A stretch of DNA of 64,000 bases from Armatimonadota bacterium. Its GTDB lineage: Bacteria > Armatimonadota > SYMT01. The position numbers and the translations under genes are program-made. Position 1 is the stretch's first letter, and each line of letters opens with the position of its first letter. Positions 47,558-57,296 of this stretch are shown in pieces. Location: the NCBI GenBank assembly GCA_046292385.1, contig JBKBRF010000004.1, positions 192,001-256,000 of the forward strand. The letters run 5' to 3'. A model generated the notes under the pieces. It did not search any database. It was not told the origin of the DNA and worked only from the letters and a program-made list of their open reading frames with translations.

Positions 47558-48808
47558 ATGCCCCGGCTGCTGCTGCTCGTCCCGAACACCTCTTACCGCG
47601 CGGAGGAGTTTGGGACGGCGGCGCGCCGGCTCGGGATCGAGGTCAGCGTCGCTTCCGAGCGCGCCAGCAGCCTGGCCGGGCAGCGGCCCGCCGACCTCCT
47701 GGCGCTCGACTTCGCCCGGCCGGAAGTCGCGGTCCGGCAGGCCCGGCGCTTCCACTCCCGCTATCCGGTCGACGCGGTCCTCGGCGTAGACGATGCCACG
47801 GTCGAGGCGGCGGCCCACGTCGCGGCGGCGCTCGGCCTGCCGCACAACCCGCCGGAGGCGGTGGCCCGCGCCCGCAGCAAGCTCCGCACCCGGGAGGCGC
47901 TCCGCGAGGCGGGGACGCCGGTGCCCTGGTTCCGCTGCTACTCCCGAGGGGCCCAGCCGGACGGTTTCGCGGAGGAGGTGCCGTATCCGTGCGTGCTGAA
48001 GCCGCTCGGGCTCTCCGGCGGCCAGGGCGTGATCCGCGCCGATGACCCGCGGGAGCTCGCCGCCGCCTTCGAGCGGGTGGGGCGGATCCTCGACCGCGCC
48101 GCGCCGCAGGGGGCGGAGGCCGGATCGATCCTGATCGAGAGCTTCATCCCGGGACGGGAGGTCGCGCTCGACGGGCTCCTCACCGCTGGCGAGCTTCAGG
48201 TGCTCTGCCTCTGGGATAAGCCCGACCCGTTAGACGGTCCTTACTTCGAGGAGACGATCTACGTCACGCCGTCGCGTCTACCCGAGGCCGCGACGGCGGA
48301 GATCGTGAGCCGGGTCCGAGAGGCGGCGCGGGTCCTCGGGCTGCGAGAGGGGCCGGTCCACGCGGAGCTGCGGGTCAACGACGAAGGGGCCTGGCTGCTG
48401 GAGCTGAACCCGCGCTCGATCGGCGGCAAGTGCAGCCGTGCCCTGCGGTTTGGGGCAGGGCTCTCCCTGGAGGAGCTGATCCTGCGGCACGCGCTGCGGA
48501 TGGAGATCCCGAGCCTGGAGCGGGAGCGGGCTGCCGCGGGGGTGATGATGCTGCCGATTCCCCGGGCCGGCGTGCTGGAAGAGGTCCGCGGGGAAGACGA
48601 GGCGCTGGCGGTGTTCGGCATCCGGGAGCTGATCCTTTCCGCGCACCCCGGGCAGGAGCTGGTGCCGCTGCCGGAGGGCTCCGCCTACCTCGGCTTCCTC
48701 TTCGCGCGCGGCGCTTCGCCGACAGCCGTGGAGACTGCCCTGCGCGAGGCCCACTCGCGCCTGGAAGTGGTGGTGCGGCCGGTCGCCGAAGCAGGTCAGC
48801 CGCGTTGA
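47558..48808 (+). CDS. ATP-grasp ligase (L-amino-acid-ligase-like)
   Basis: YPCVLKP..LSGGQGV, IESFIPGRE, HAELR...LELNPRSIGG. Confidence 0.88.
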   Translation: MPRLLLLVPNTSYRAEEFGTAARRLGIEVSVASERASSLAGQRPADLLALDFARPEVAVRQARRFHSRYPVDAVLGVDDATVEAAAHVAAALGLPHNPPEAVARARSKLRTREALREAGTPVPWFRCYSRGAQPDGFAEEVPYPCVLKPLGLSGGQGVIRADDPRELAAAFERVGRILDRAAPQGAEAGSILIESFIPGREVALDGLLTAGELQVLCLWDKPDPLDGPYFEETIYVTPSRLPEAATAEIVSRVREAARVLGLREGPVHAELRVNDEGAWLLELNPRSIGGKCSRALRFGAGLSLEELILRHALRMEIPSLERERAAAGVMMLPIPRAGVLEEVRGEDEALAVFGIRELILSAHPGQELVPLPEGSAYLGFLFARGASPTAVETALREAHSRLEVVVRPVAEAGQPR

Positions 48809-48899
48809 CCGGTTGAACGGTCGCTCAGTATAATCGCTCGCACCTCTGACGGTTTTGCTTGCGCGAGACGCCGGATGGACGGCGTCTCGGAGGAACCCC

Positions 48900-49952
48900 A
48901 TGCGTCGTTCTCTCTCCCTCGCCGCGCTGCTCTTCGCGGGCGCACTCACTCTCTCCGCCTGCACCCCGCCGGAACAGTCCGGGAGCGGCGGTGCGAATGC
49001 CACTGGCGCTGCGGCCAACGGCTCCGGGTCGTCCGAAACGATCACGCTTGGCATGATGCCGAAGCAGAAGGGCATCGACTACTTCAACGCCTGCGAGCAG
49101 GGCGCCCAGGAAGCCGCCAGGGATCTGGGCGACGTGAACCTGGAGTACGACGGCCCGGTGCGCGACGAGTCCGAGCTGCAGAGCCAGAAGCTCGACACCT
49201 GGATCACCCGGAACCTCGACGCGGTGGCGGTCGCCTGCAACGACCCGAACCAGATCTCCACCTCCCTGGCGCGCGCCCGCGACAAGGGGATGACCGCGAT
49301 CACCTGGGATGCCGATGCCAACCCGGAGCAGTCGAAGCGGCAGTTCTTCGTGAACCAGGTCGACTCCCTGGCGCTCTCCCACGCGCTGGTCGACCAGATG
49401 GCGGAGCAGGCGGGTGAAGACGCGCAGGTGGCGGTGGTCAGCTCCTCTCCCACGGCGCCGAACCAGTCGGCGTGGCTGAAGGAGATGGAGACCTACATGA
49501 AGTCGAAGTACCCGCAGATGAAGGTGGTCGACACCAAGTACGCGGGTGAGAACCAGGTGAAGTCGGAAGAAGAGGCCGGCAACCTGCTGAAGGCCTACCC
49601 GGAGCTCGACGGCATCTGGGGCATGACCTCCGTGGCGTTCCCCGGGGCCGCCAGCGCGGTGAAGAAGGCGGGCAAGTCCGGCCAGGTGGCGGTGATCGGC
49701 CTCGGCACGCCGAAGGCGATGAGCGGGTTCGTAAAGGATGGCGTGGTGAAGACCGTCACGCTCTGGAACCCGGTCGACCTCGGCTACCTGACCGTGCACG
49801 TGGCGCGCGCGGTCGCGAAGGGAGAGCTGAAGCCGGGCGCCACCAGCTTCACGGCGGGTCGGCTGGGCGAGGTGAAGGTCGACGGCGACATGGTGCTCCT
49901 CGGCAAGCCGATGGTCTTTGACGCCAAGACCATCGACGACTACCAGTTCTGA
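48900..49952 (+). CDS. Sugar/AI-2-type ABC substrate-binding lipoprotein (LsrB/RhaS-like)
   Basis: Lipobox LSAC; PKQKGIDYF, TWDAD, LWNPVDLGY; no adjacent permease. Confidence 0.85.
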   Translation: MRRSLSLAALLFAGALTLSACTPPEQSGSGGANATGAAANGSGSSETITLGMMPKQKGIDYFNACEQGAQEAARDLGDVNLEYDGPVRDESELQSQKLDTWITRNLDAVAVACNDPNQISTSLARARDKGMTAITWDADANPEQSKRQFFVNQVDSLALSHALVDQMAEQAGEDAQVAVVSSSPTAPNQSAWLKEMETYMKSKYPQMKVVDTKYAGENQVKSEEEAGNLLKAYPELDGIWGMTSVAFPGAASAVKKAGKSGQVAVIGLGTPKAMSGFVKDGVVKTVTLWNPVDLGYLTVHVARAVAKGELKPGATSFTAGRLGEVKVDGDMVLLGKPMVFDAKTIDDYQF

Positions 49953-50062
49953 TTCGAGCCCGGACTTTCAGGGGATGGGGGGATGGGGAGGGAGATGGGG
50001 GGATGACCCCATCCTTTCTCTGTCCCTCTTTCCGTTTCGGAGCTTCTTCCGTAGGTGTGGCC

Positions 50063-50665
50063 ATGACTTCAACGCGATTACGCTGTTTCTTCACCGAGCT
50101 TTGCCAGGTGGCGCTCGGCGTGACGCTGTGCGCGGCAGTGCTGGCGGGGTGCGGCGGCGGGCGGTCCAATCCGGCGGTGAACGGACCGGCGCGGCTCCCG
50201 GAGGCGCCGCAGGCTCCTACGATCACGGCCACTTCCGCGGGGCCGCTGCGGCTCGGGATGCCGGCGGAGGAGGTCCAGAGGCTGCCGAACTACACGGTCG
50301 ACCGCCTGACCCAGAAGCTGGAGGGGTTCTCCACTCCGGCGCTGCGGGTGGCGCAGTTCGGGACCAACCAGGCGCTGGTGGAGCTGCAGAACGAGCAGGC
50401 CTGGCGCATCGCGGTCCTGACGGAGACCTGGCGCACCGCGGAAGGCGCGCGGGTCGGGATGACGGCCGCGGAGCTGGAGAAGATCTACGGTCCCGGGACC
50501 GTCGCCGCGGGAGAGGGAAACGTCTGCGCCCTCTTCGAGCGCGCTCCCGGCCTCAGCTTCTGCTTCGAGGCCGCGGATGAGCTGCAGGGGCTCGGCTCCG
50601 GCGATTGGGCGAATCTGCGCGAGCGCAACCCGAGGGTGCGGCGGATTCTGGTGGTGGGGGAGTAA
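50063..50665 (+). CDS. Hypothetical lipoprotein
   Basis: LAGC lipobox; GPLRLGM and TAEGARVGMT internal repeat. Confidence 0.65.
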   Translation: MTSTRLRCFFTELCQVALGVTLCAAVLAGCGGGRSNPAVNGPARLPEAPQAPTITATSAGPLRLGMPAEEVQRLPNYTVDRLTQKLEGFSTPALRVAQFGTNQALVELQNEQAWRIAVLTETWRTAEGARVGMTAAELEKIYGPGTVAAGEGNVCALFERAPGLSFCFEAADELQGLGSGDWANLRERNPRVRRILVVGE

Positions 50666-50678
50666 TCCGGCATGATCT

Positions 50679-50841
50679 CCGGGAGTTGACTCCCGGCAAT
50701 CTCTTTGCGATGCGCCCCGTCCTGATCTCCGGGAGTTGACTCCCGGAGTGCCGAAGCGCGGGCAGTTGACTGCCCGCTCCGGTTGAGTCAGGATGCGCAG
50801 TGAACTGCGCCGGTTGGTTCTGCCGGGAGTCAACTCCCGGC
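50679..50841. repeat. Cluster of five REP-like palindromes (AGTNNACT core)
   Basis: CCGGGAGTTGACTCCCGG twice, GCGGGCAGTTGACTGCCCGC, GCGCAGTGAACTGCGC, GCCGGGAGTCAACTCCCGGC. Confidence 0.8.
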
Positions 50842-50875
50842 AATCCTCTCCCGGCGGGTCCCACCAACTCGCCCG

Positions 50876-51085
50876 CTACTTCCGGTCCTTATACTCCTCC
50901 AGCCAGGCCATCTGGATCGCCTCCAGCTTGCCTTCGTTGGAGGCCTTCGGATCGTCGCCGAAGCTCTCCAGCTCGGTGACCCAGCGGTGCAGGTCGGTGA
51001 AGCGGACCGTGAGGGGATCGGTGTCGGGGTACTTCTCCGCCAGCTCGATGCCGAGATCTTCCGCGTCGTTCCAGCTCAGCTTCAT
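50876..51085 (-). CDS. iscX: Fe-S assembly protein IscX
   Basis: W.DAEDLGIEL...DPLTVRFTDLH.WV...FGDDP..SNE.KLEAIQMAW.EE. Confidence 0.93.
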   Translation of the reverse strand: MKLSWNDAEDLGIELAEKYPDTDPLTVRFTDLHRWVTELESFGDDPKASNEGKLEAIQMAWLEEYKDRK

Positions 51086-51792
51086 CAGTCGTAGTTCTCC
51101 CATTTGACGTCGCGCCGGCCGAAGCCGCGCTCGTAGAAGAAGTCCCGCAGCGGCCGCACGAACTCTCGCTTGCCGCAGATCATCGGGGTCAGGTCGGCGC
51201 GGTCGCCCAGCCACGCCGGGAGCAGCTCCAGCACCGGTCCCACGCGCCCGGCCCAGCCGGCATCCGGCTCGTCGACCGCCGCGATCAGCTCGAACCACTC
51301 GCACTCCTCGGCGGTGCGGAGTAGCTCGGCGTGGTAGGCCAGGTCTTCCGGGCGCGCCGCGCTGTAGATCAGCGTAACTTTCCGCGGCGGCGGGCTTTGC
51401 CGCAGCTCGAGCAGCATGGCGCGGAACGGGACGATCCCGGTGTAGCGGGCCAGCCAGAGCAGCTCGCCGGGAGCCTCCGGCAGGACGAAGTTGCCGAGCA
51501 CGCCGGCAAACCGGATCTCGTCGCCCGGCGATACCGAAAAGAGGTAGCCGGATCCGAGGCCGTCCGGCACGCGGTCGAGGCAGAGCGTCAGCTCGCCGTC
51601 CGGTGACGGCGGCGCCGCCAGGGAGTAGGCGCGCACCAGCGGCGGGTGCTCGCCCACCGGCAGGTGCAGCGACAGCCACTGCCCGGCCCGGAACGAGAGC
51701 GGCTCTGCCGGCGCGGCGAGCACGATCTCGCGGACGCCGGGAGCGACTTCCCGCACTGCTTTGACGGTGGTGGTGGTGGTAGGCTGCGCCAT
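51085..51792 (-). CDS. FAD-dependent ferredoxin-NAD(P) reductase-like oxidoreductase
   Basis: FRAGQW, RAYSLA, GLGSGYL, YTGIVPF, ICG. Confidence 0.85.
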   Translation of the reverse strand: MAQPTTTTTVKAVREVAPGVREIVLAAPAEPLSFRAGQWLSLHLPVGEHPPLVRAYSLAAPPSPDGELTLCLDRVPDGLGSGYLFSVSPGDEIRFAGVLGNFVLPEAPGELLWLARYTGIVPFRAMLLELRQSPPPRKVTLIYSAARPEDLAYHAELLRTAEECEWFELIAAVDEPDAGWAGRVGPVLELLPAWLGDRADLTPMICGKREFVRPLRDFFYERGFGRRDVKWENYD

Positions 51793-51803
51793 CGGCAGTC
51801 TCC

Positions 51804-52739
51804 TTACGCTTTCTCACGGGTAGGCGAGCGGTTCACCATGAAGAGCCCGAACAGGATCGCCGCGCCGCCGCCGAGCAGGCCGCCGGTGAGCGCCTCCCCC
51901 AGCAGCAGGTAGCTGAAGATCGCTCCGAAGACCGGCGTCAGGAAGAAGCCGACGCTCAGCCGGCTCGGGCTGAAGTACTTCAGCAGCGCGGTCCAGCCGA
52001 TGAAGCAGAGCCCCGCGACGATCACTCCCTGGTAGACGATCGACGTGAGCACCAGCCCGGTCCACCGCGAGCCGGGCTCTCCGGCCATCAGGCTGGCGGC
52101 GAAGAACGCCGGCACTCCGATAATCATCTGCCAGACCAGCACCTTATAGGGATGCGCGTCCTGCACGAGCCGGCTGGTGTAGACCGCCTTTCCCGCCAGC
52201 AGCACCGCACTGGCGAAGATCAGCAGGTCTCCCACGATGCCGCCGCCCGACCGGAACGCGCTCTCTCCCAGGATGAAGAGCACCCCGATGAACGCCGCCA
52301 GCGTGCCGGCGCTCTTCTGCCAGGTGAGGCGGTCGCCCGGCACGAAGAGGTGCGCCAGCAGCGGCACGAACAGCGGGTAGCTGTTGATCAGCAGCGCCTG
52401 CCGTGCCGCCGTGGTGCGGGCGGAGCCGGCGTTCAACAGGCAGATCTGCACCAGGAACAGTACCCCCATCCAGACCAGCGGCGCCCACTCACCTTTGCGA
52501 GGCCAGAGGCGCACCCGCTGCACGCTCGCCACCGCGGCGATCACCACCGCCCCGATCAGGAACCGGTACCCCGCCGCCGCGAACGGCGGGATGAAGTCCA
52601 GACTGAACCGCAGTGCCGGCGCGTTCCCGCCCCAACCCGCGGCCAGGAGCACCACCTGGAACACCGCCGCCCACGTAAGCGGCGTATCCGCGCTCGGCTC
52701 GCTCTCTTCCTCCCCGCGCTCCCTGATCTCAGTCGCCAT
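51804..52739 (-). CDS. EamA/DMT-family transporter
   Basis: About 10 TM segments, two EamA repeats, LTPVFGAIFSYLLLGE. Confidence 0.88.
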   Translation of the reverse strand: MATEIRERGEEESEPSADTPLTWAAVFQVVLLAAGWGGNAPALRFSLDFIPPFAAAGYRFLIGAVVIAAVASVQRVRLWPRKGEWAPLVWMGVLFLVQICLLNAGSARTTAARQALLINSYPLFVPLLAHLFVPGDRLTWQKSAGTLAAFIGVLFILGESAFRSGGGIVGDLLIFASAVLLAGKAVYTSRLVQDAHPYKVLVWQMIIGVPAFFAASLMAGEPGSRWTGLVLTSIVYQGVIVAGLCFIGWTALLKYFSPSRLSVGFFLTPVFGAIFSYLLLGEALTGGLLGGGAAILFGLFMVNRSPTREKA

Positions 52740-52801
52740 CTTGCCCCTGCTCGACGATCCCCGCCGGCAGTCTCTATACCCTGGACCCGAAACCCTAGAC
52801 C

Positions 52802-53224
52802 CTAATGCGGCGTTTCCTTCACCACGTTCCGGTTCCAGGCCGGCACCTCGATCACGACGTCGGAGGTTCCGTTCGGGATGCACTGGCACGCGAGGCGGGA
52901 CTGGATCGTCAGGCCGGGGGCCTCCTCCAGCTGGTCCAGCTCGTCGTCGGTCTCCTCGTTGCAGGAAGTGAGCCCTTCCTTGACGATGATGTGACAGGTA
53001 GAGCAAGCGCAAACGCCGCCGCAGGTGTGCTCGATCTCGATGTCGTTCCCGAGCGCGATGTCGAGAATGCTGCCCGGCCGGCCGGTCCGCTGGTAGGGGA
53101 TCTGCTCCGGGTCGACCTCCACCTCGCGCACCTCGTTCGTCTCCTGGATGCGGTAGGTGATCTTGTACTTCTGCTTCGGCAGGTCGGCTGCGGCCTGCTT
53201 GATGTAAGGATTGGTTCCGGCCAT
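52802..53224 (-). CDS. fdx: ISC-type [2Fe-2S] ferredoxin
   Basis: IEHTCGGVCACSTCH...SRLACQ. Confidence 0.92.
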   Translation of the reverse strand: MAGTNPYIKQAAADLPKQKYKITYRIQETNEVREVEVDPEQIPYQRTGRPGSILDIALGNDIEIEHTCGGVCACSTCHIIVKEGLTSCNEETDDELDQLEEAPGLTIQSRLACQCIPNGTSDVVIEVPAWNRNVVKETPH

Positions 53225-53226
53225 CG

Positions 53227-55155
53227 CTATCTTACTCCCTCGCCGGCGGAGGGGCGGCGCAGATCGCTCGCGGCACCCTCGACCGTCTTTCCTTCCAGCG
53301 CGGCCTGCACCGCGCGATCCATCACGAGCGCGGCGAGCTTCCGCGTCGCCAGGTCGAGCTCTTCGATCCGCTGGCGGATGAGCTGGTGGTCTTCGTCGCC
53401 CGCCACCTCCCGGAGCGCGTCGAGCGCCGTGCGCACGTTCTGCAGTTCTCGCGCGTCCATGCTACCTTCCGCCACGAACTGCTCCCCGAGCGGGAGCTGC
53501 TTCTCGGTGGCGAGGATGACCTGGCTCGCCTCCACCCGCGCCTCCGTGATCTGGCGGAGGCGGAGATCGCTCTCGGCGTGCTCGAACGAGTCGATGATCA
53601 TCTGCTCGACTTCGTCATCGGTCAGCCCGTAGGAGGGCCTCACTTCGATCCGGGCCTCGGCCTCGCTGCGGTGCTCGTAGGCGGAGACGGCCAGGATGCC
53701 GTTCTCGTCGACCATAAAGGTCACTTCGAGCCGCGGCCAGCCGGCCGGCATCGGCGGGATGTGGATCTGCAGGTCCGCGAGCGACCGGTTGTCCGCCGCC
53801 ATCTCACGCTCGCCCTGCACCACGTGGATCTTGAACGCGGTCTGCCCCTCCACGCCGGTGGTGAAAACCTGCCGCGCGCTGGTGGGGACGGTGCTGTTGC
53901 GCGGGATCAGCTTCTCCACGGCGCCGCCGTAAGTCTCGATGCCGAGGGAGAGCGGGATCACGTCGAGGAGCAGCAGACCCTCCACGTCGCCGGCCAGGAT
54001 TCCGGCCTGAACGGCGGCTCCGAGGGCCACCACCTGCTCCGGATCGAGCTCCGTATGCGGGCGCGTCCCGAAGATCGCCTCCACCAGCCGCCGTACGTAG
54101 GGGACGCGCGTGCTGCCGCCGACCAGCACCACTTCGTCGATCTCCGCCCCCGTGAGCCCGGCGTCTTCCAGCGCCTGCTCGCACCGGATGCGGGTCCGCT
54201 CCGCCACCGGCGCGATGATCCGCTCCAGCTCGGTCCGGGTCAGCTCGCGGGTAAAGGCGCCGGCGCCGACCGGAATCGCGATCGTCGTCGTTTCGGCGTC
54301 GGTCAGCGCCTTCTTGGCGTCCTCCGCCGCGATCCGGACCCGCTCCCGCAGCGACGGGTCCTGCCCATTCACCTCCGGGAACTGCGCGAGCAGCTCCGGC
54401 AGAATCGCCTGGTCGCCGAGGACGCGGTCGAAGTCGTCACCCCCCAGGTGCGTGTCGCCGTTGGTCGACTGGACCTCGAAGACGCCGTCCCGCAGCTTCA
54501 GGATCGAGATGTCGAAGGTGCCGCCGCCCAGGTCGTAGACCGCGACGGTGCCCTCTTTCTTCCGGTCGAGCCCGTAGGCGAGGCAGGCGGCGGTCGGCTC
54601 GTTGACGATCCGCAGCACCTCCAGCCCGGCGATGCGGCCGGCGTCGCGAGTCGCCTGGCGCTGGCTGTCGTTGAAGTAGGCGGGGACGGTGATCACCGCC
54701 TGCTCCACCGGCTCGCCCAGGTACTCCTCCGCCCGCCGCTTCAGCTCCCGCAGGACCTGCGCCGAGATCTCCGGCGGGGTGTAAAGGCGGTCGCCGACCT
54801 TGATCCGCACCACTTCCCGGTGCTCGTCCGAGATCTCGTACGGCAGCCGGGAGCGCTCCTCGGCCACGTCCTCCAGCCCGCGGCCCATCAGGCGCTTCAC
54901 GGAGTAGATCGTCCGCGTCGGCGCGTCGTAGAGGTGGTGGCGCGCGTCGTCTCCGACCAGCGCCGAGCCGTCGGCGGTGAAATGGACCACCGACGGCAGG
55001 ACCGGGTCGCCGTCCGGACCCGGAATCACCACCGGCTTGCCGTCCTGCATGCAGGCGACGAGGCTGTTCGTGGTCCCCAGGTCGATCCCCACGATGCGGG
55101 GCTCCCGGTGCCGGTGCGCCCCCGCCAGGGGCAGCGGTATCTTCGATGTGCTCAT
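53227..55155 (-). CDS. hscA: Fe-S chaperone HscA (Hsp70)
   Basis: [32 protein letters not shown]; lies between hscB and fdx. Confidence 0.92.
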   Translation of the reverse strand: MSTSKIPLPLAGAHRHREPRIVGIDLGTTNSLVACMQDGKPVVIPGPDGDPVLPSVVHFTADGSALVGDDARHHLYDAPTRTIYSVKRLMGRGLEDVAEERSRLPYEISDEHREVVRIKVGDRLYTPPEISAQVLRELKRRAEEYLGEPVEQAVITVPAYFNDSQRQATRDAGRIAGLEVLRIVNEPTAACLAYGLDRKKEGTVAVYDLGGGTFDISILKLRDGVFEVQSTNGDTHLGGDDFDRVLGDQAILPELLAQFPEVNGQDPSLRERVRIAAEDAKKALTDAETTTIAIPVGAGAFTRELTRTELERIIAPVAERTRIRCEQALEDAGLTGAEIDEVVLVGGSTRVPYVRRLVEAIFGTRPHTELDPEQVVALGAAVQAGILAGDVEGLLLLDVIPLSLGIETYGGAVEKLIPRNSTVPTSARQVFTTGVEGQTAFKIHVVQGEREMAADNRSLADLQIHIPPMPAGWPRLEVTFMVDENGILAVSAYEHRSEAEARIEVRPSYGLTDDEVEQMIIDSFEHAESDLRLRQITEARVEASQVILATEKQLPLGEQFVAEGSMDARELQNVRTALDALREVAGDEDHQLIRQRIEELDLATRKLAALVMDRAVQAALEGKTVEGAASDLRRPSAGEGVR

Positions 55156-55251
55156 AATCTTTGTTTGCAGGCTGGACCGGCTGCACCCCGCACGTCGGCA
55201 GCCCCGGTCATCCACAACCGTTCCCGGCGTACTGAATGCCCCCCCGCCGAA

Positions 55252-55407
55252 GTCATCCTGAACGAAGTGAAGGATCTACGTAACTGAGCCTGTTCCGAAG
55301 CGTCGAGCCGTCCGGCCGGGCGGACCCTGCCAGCGGAGCCCTCGTCACCCCCCTGCGTTTCCCGTCCCAACACGGCTGCCGAGATCCTTCACTTCGTTCA
55401 GGATGAC
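55252..55407. mobile_element. MITE-like / REP-doublet element, 156 bp with perfect 26-bp TIR
   Basis: GTCATCCTGAACGAAGTGAAGGATCT and its exact reverse complement; internal similarity to 33153-33311. Confidence 0.7.
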
Positions 55408-55492
55408 CGCTTTCGCCGGGCATGGTTGTTCTCGGGAGGAGCGCCTGCTTACGATAGCGCTCCCCTGACCCCTGAAACCTGACCTCTGATCC

Positions 55493-56101
55493 CTATCCAG
55501 CTCCCACCGCGGCGTTCAGGCTGTTCAACACGCGGCGGAGGTAGGCGCGGTCGGCGAGCACCGTGCGGATCTCGCCGAGCACGCGTGCGCGTTCCGGAGC
55601 GTCGCCCGAGTCGGAGAGCGCGTCCCATCGACGGAACAGCTCGCCGGTGAGGCGCTCCACCCGGCTATCCAGCTCCGCCTGCAGCCGGTCGCGCTTCTCC
55701 CGCAGCGCCGCGGCCAGCGACTCTCGCTCTTCGGGGTCGGCGAAGCGGTGCTCGCCCAGGAGCTCCTGCACCTCCAGGATCTCGTCGAACAGCTCCTGCG
55801 GGGGCGCGTCCTTCGCCGGCTCTCCCGTGCTCTCTTCCAGCGTCAGCAGGTAGGCGGCGCGCTCGAACGGGTCCCGCAGCGTGCGGTAGGCCTGGTTCAC
55901 CTTGGAGGAGCTCTCCAGCGCCCCGATCCGCTCGCGCGCGGTGGCCGCGCGATAGAGGTCTGGATGGTAGCGGCGGGAGAGCTCGTGGTAGACCGGCTCC
56001 AGCGCCTTCGGGTCGAGCGTCAGCTTCCGCGGCAGTCCCAGCACCGCGAAGTAGTCCGCGTCACGCGGCAGCGGCTCGGCTCGAGTCGGCTCGTCAGGCA
56101 T
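55493..56101 (-). CDS. hscB: Co-chaperone HscB
   Basis: J-domain DYF.VLGL...YHPD...NQAYRTLRDPFERAAYLL; helical C-domain. Confidence 0.9.
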   Translation of the reverse strand: MPDEPTRAEPLPRDADYFAVLGLPRKLTLDPKALEPVYHELSRRYHPDLYRAATARERIGALESSSKVNQAYRTLRDPFERAAYLLTLEESTGEPAKDAPPQELFDEILEVQELLGEHRFADPEERESLAAALREKRDRLQAELDSRVERLTGELFRRWDALSDSGDAPERARVLGEIRTVLADRAYLRRVLNSLNAAVGAG

Positions 56102-56834
56102 CGGTCAATCTCTCACTCCGGCGCTCCACCCGGAAGCCGCACTCCGCGAGCATCCGGGCCGCCGGCACTATCTCGTAGCCGTCGGCGCGCAGCTCCTCGA
56201 TTAGCGCGGGCAGCGCCTCGGCCGTCCCGGAGTGTGCCGCCTGGCCGCCGTGCAGCACGATCACCGCTCCGGGATGCACTTCCGAGAGCACTCGCCGCCG
56301 CAGCTCCTCCGGCGTCAGCGGGTTCCAGTCCCCGGGCACCACGCTCCAGTAGACCGGCGTCAATCCCTCGGCGGCGAGCGCGGCGCGCGCCCCGAGCCCC
56401 ACCGCTCCGAACGGCGGCCGGAAGAGGCGCGGCGAGCCGGGACAGACCCGGGAGAGCAGCGCCTCGGTGCGCGTCAGCTCTCGCCGCGGGGAAGCGCAGG
56501 TCCCATAGCCGAGCGGGAGGTGGCTCCAGGTGTGGTTGCCGACCTCGTGACCTTCCGCATGGATCCGGCGCAGGAGCGTCTCTTCCGCCGCGGCGCGGCG
56601 GCCTTCCACGAAGAACGTGGCGGTCGCGCCCGCCGCGCGCAGCGCCTGGAGCAGCCGCGGGGTGATCTCCGGGTCCGGACCGTCGTCGATTGTCAGGGTC
56701 ACCCAGCGGCGAGAGGGCGGGCCCTCCCACAGGCCGGCCGGGTACCAGCGGCGGCCAAGCTGCGCGAGGGCGCGCGGCACCCCACCGCGGGGCTTCCGTT
56801 CCGCTCGCTCTACCGGCGTCACGATGGCGCGCAT
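56094..56834 (-). CDS. Polysaccharide deacetylase (CE4/NodB)
   Basis: TIDDGP, HTWSH, FRPPFG, DW, VLH motifs. Confidence 0.9.
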   Translation of the reverse strand: MRAIVTPVERAERKPRGGVPRALAQLGRRWYPAGLWEGPPSRRWVTLTIDDGPDPEITPRLLQALRAAGATATFFVEGRRAAAEETLLRRIHAEGHEVGNHTWSHLPLGYGTCASPRRELTRTEALLSRVCPGSPRLFRPPFGAVGLGARAALAAEGLTPVYWSVVPGDWNPLTPEELRRRVLSEVHPGAVIVLHGGQAAHSGTAEALPALIEELRADGYEIVPAARMLAECGFRVERRSERLTDA

Positions 56835-56847
56835 CTCCCTGACTCAA

Positions 56848-56872
56848 GACAAAGCCCCCCTTGCGGGGGGCC
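56848..56872 (-). terminator. Stem-loop with short U-tract after iscA
   Basis: Minus strand GCCCCCC-GCAA-GGGGGGC-TTTGT. Confidence 0.55.
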
Positions 56873-56888
56873 GTCCTACCCTCTGAAG

Positions 56889-57266
56889 CTAGGCCTGGAA
56901 CGAGACCCCGCACCCGCAGGATCTGGATGCGTTCGGATTCTGAAAGGCGAAGCCTCCCTCGCCGACCATGTGGAGATCGCCGGTGTAGTCGACCGTCGTC
57001 CCCGCCAGCAGCACCAGGCTCTTGCGGTCCACCACCACCTTCAGCCCGTCGAACTCGAAGAGGCGGTCGTACTTGGGGTCGACGTCCCGATCGAACTCGA
57101 TCACGTAGCTGAACCCGGAGCAGCCGCCGCCGCGGACGCCGAGGCGCAGGTAAAGCCCCTCGGGATCGTCCATCCGCGAGAGGAACTCCCGGGCCTTGTC
57201 GATCGCGGCAGGGGTCAGCGTCAGCAGCCCTGCCGGCGACGGTGCAATCTCTAGTGTCGTTGACAT
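56889..57266 (-). CDS. iscA: A-type Fe-S carrier IscA
   Basis: GGGCSG and NPNA..SCGCG.SF. Confidence 0.92.
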   Translation of the reverse strand: MSTTLEIAPSPAGLLTLTPAAIDKAREFLSRMDDPEGLYLRLGVRGGGCSGFSYVIEFDRDVDPKYDRLFEFDGLKVVVDRKSLVLLAGTTVDYTGDLHMVGEGGFAFQNPNASRSCGCGVSFQA

Positions 57267-57296
57267 GGTCTCTCGTATCCGTTTGCCGGCCGGGCG

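Noticed and set aside
50679..50841. CRISPR array
   Set aside because: Repeats vary in sequence and orientation, spacing is irregular, and there are no cas genes
53227..55155. dnaK
   Set aside because: TTNSLVA signature and position between hscB and fdx indicate HscA
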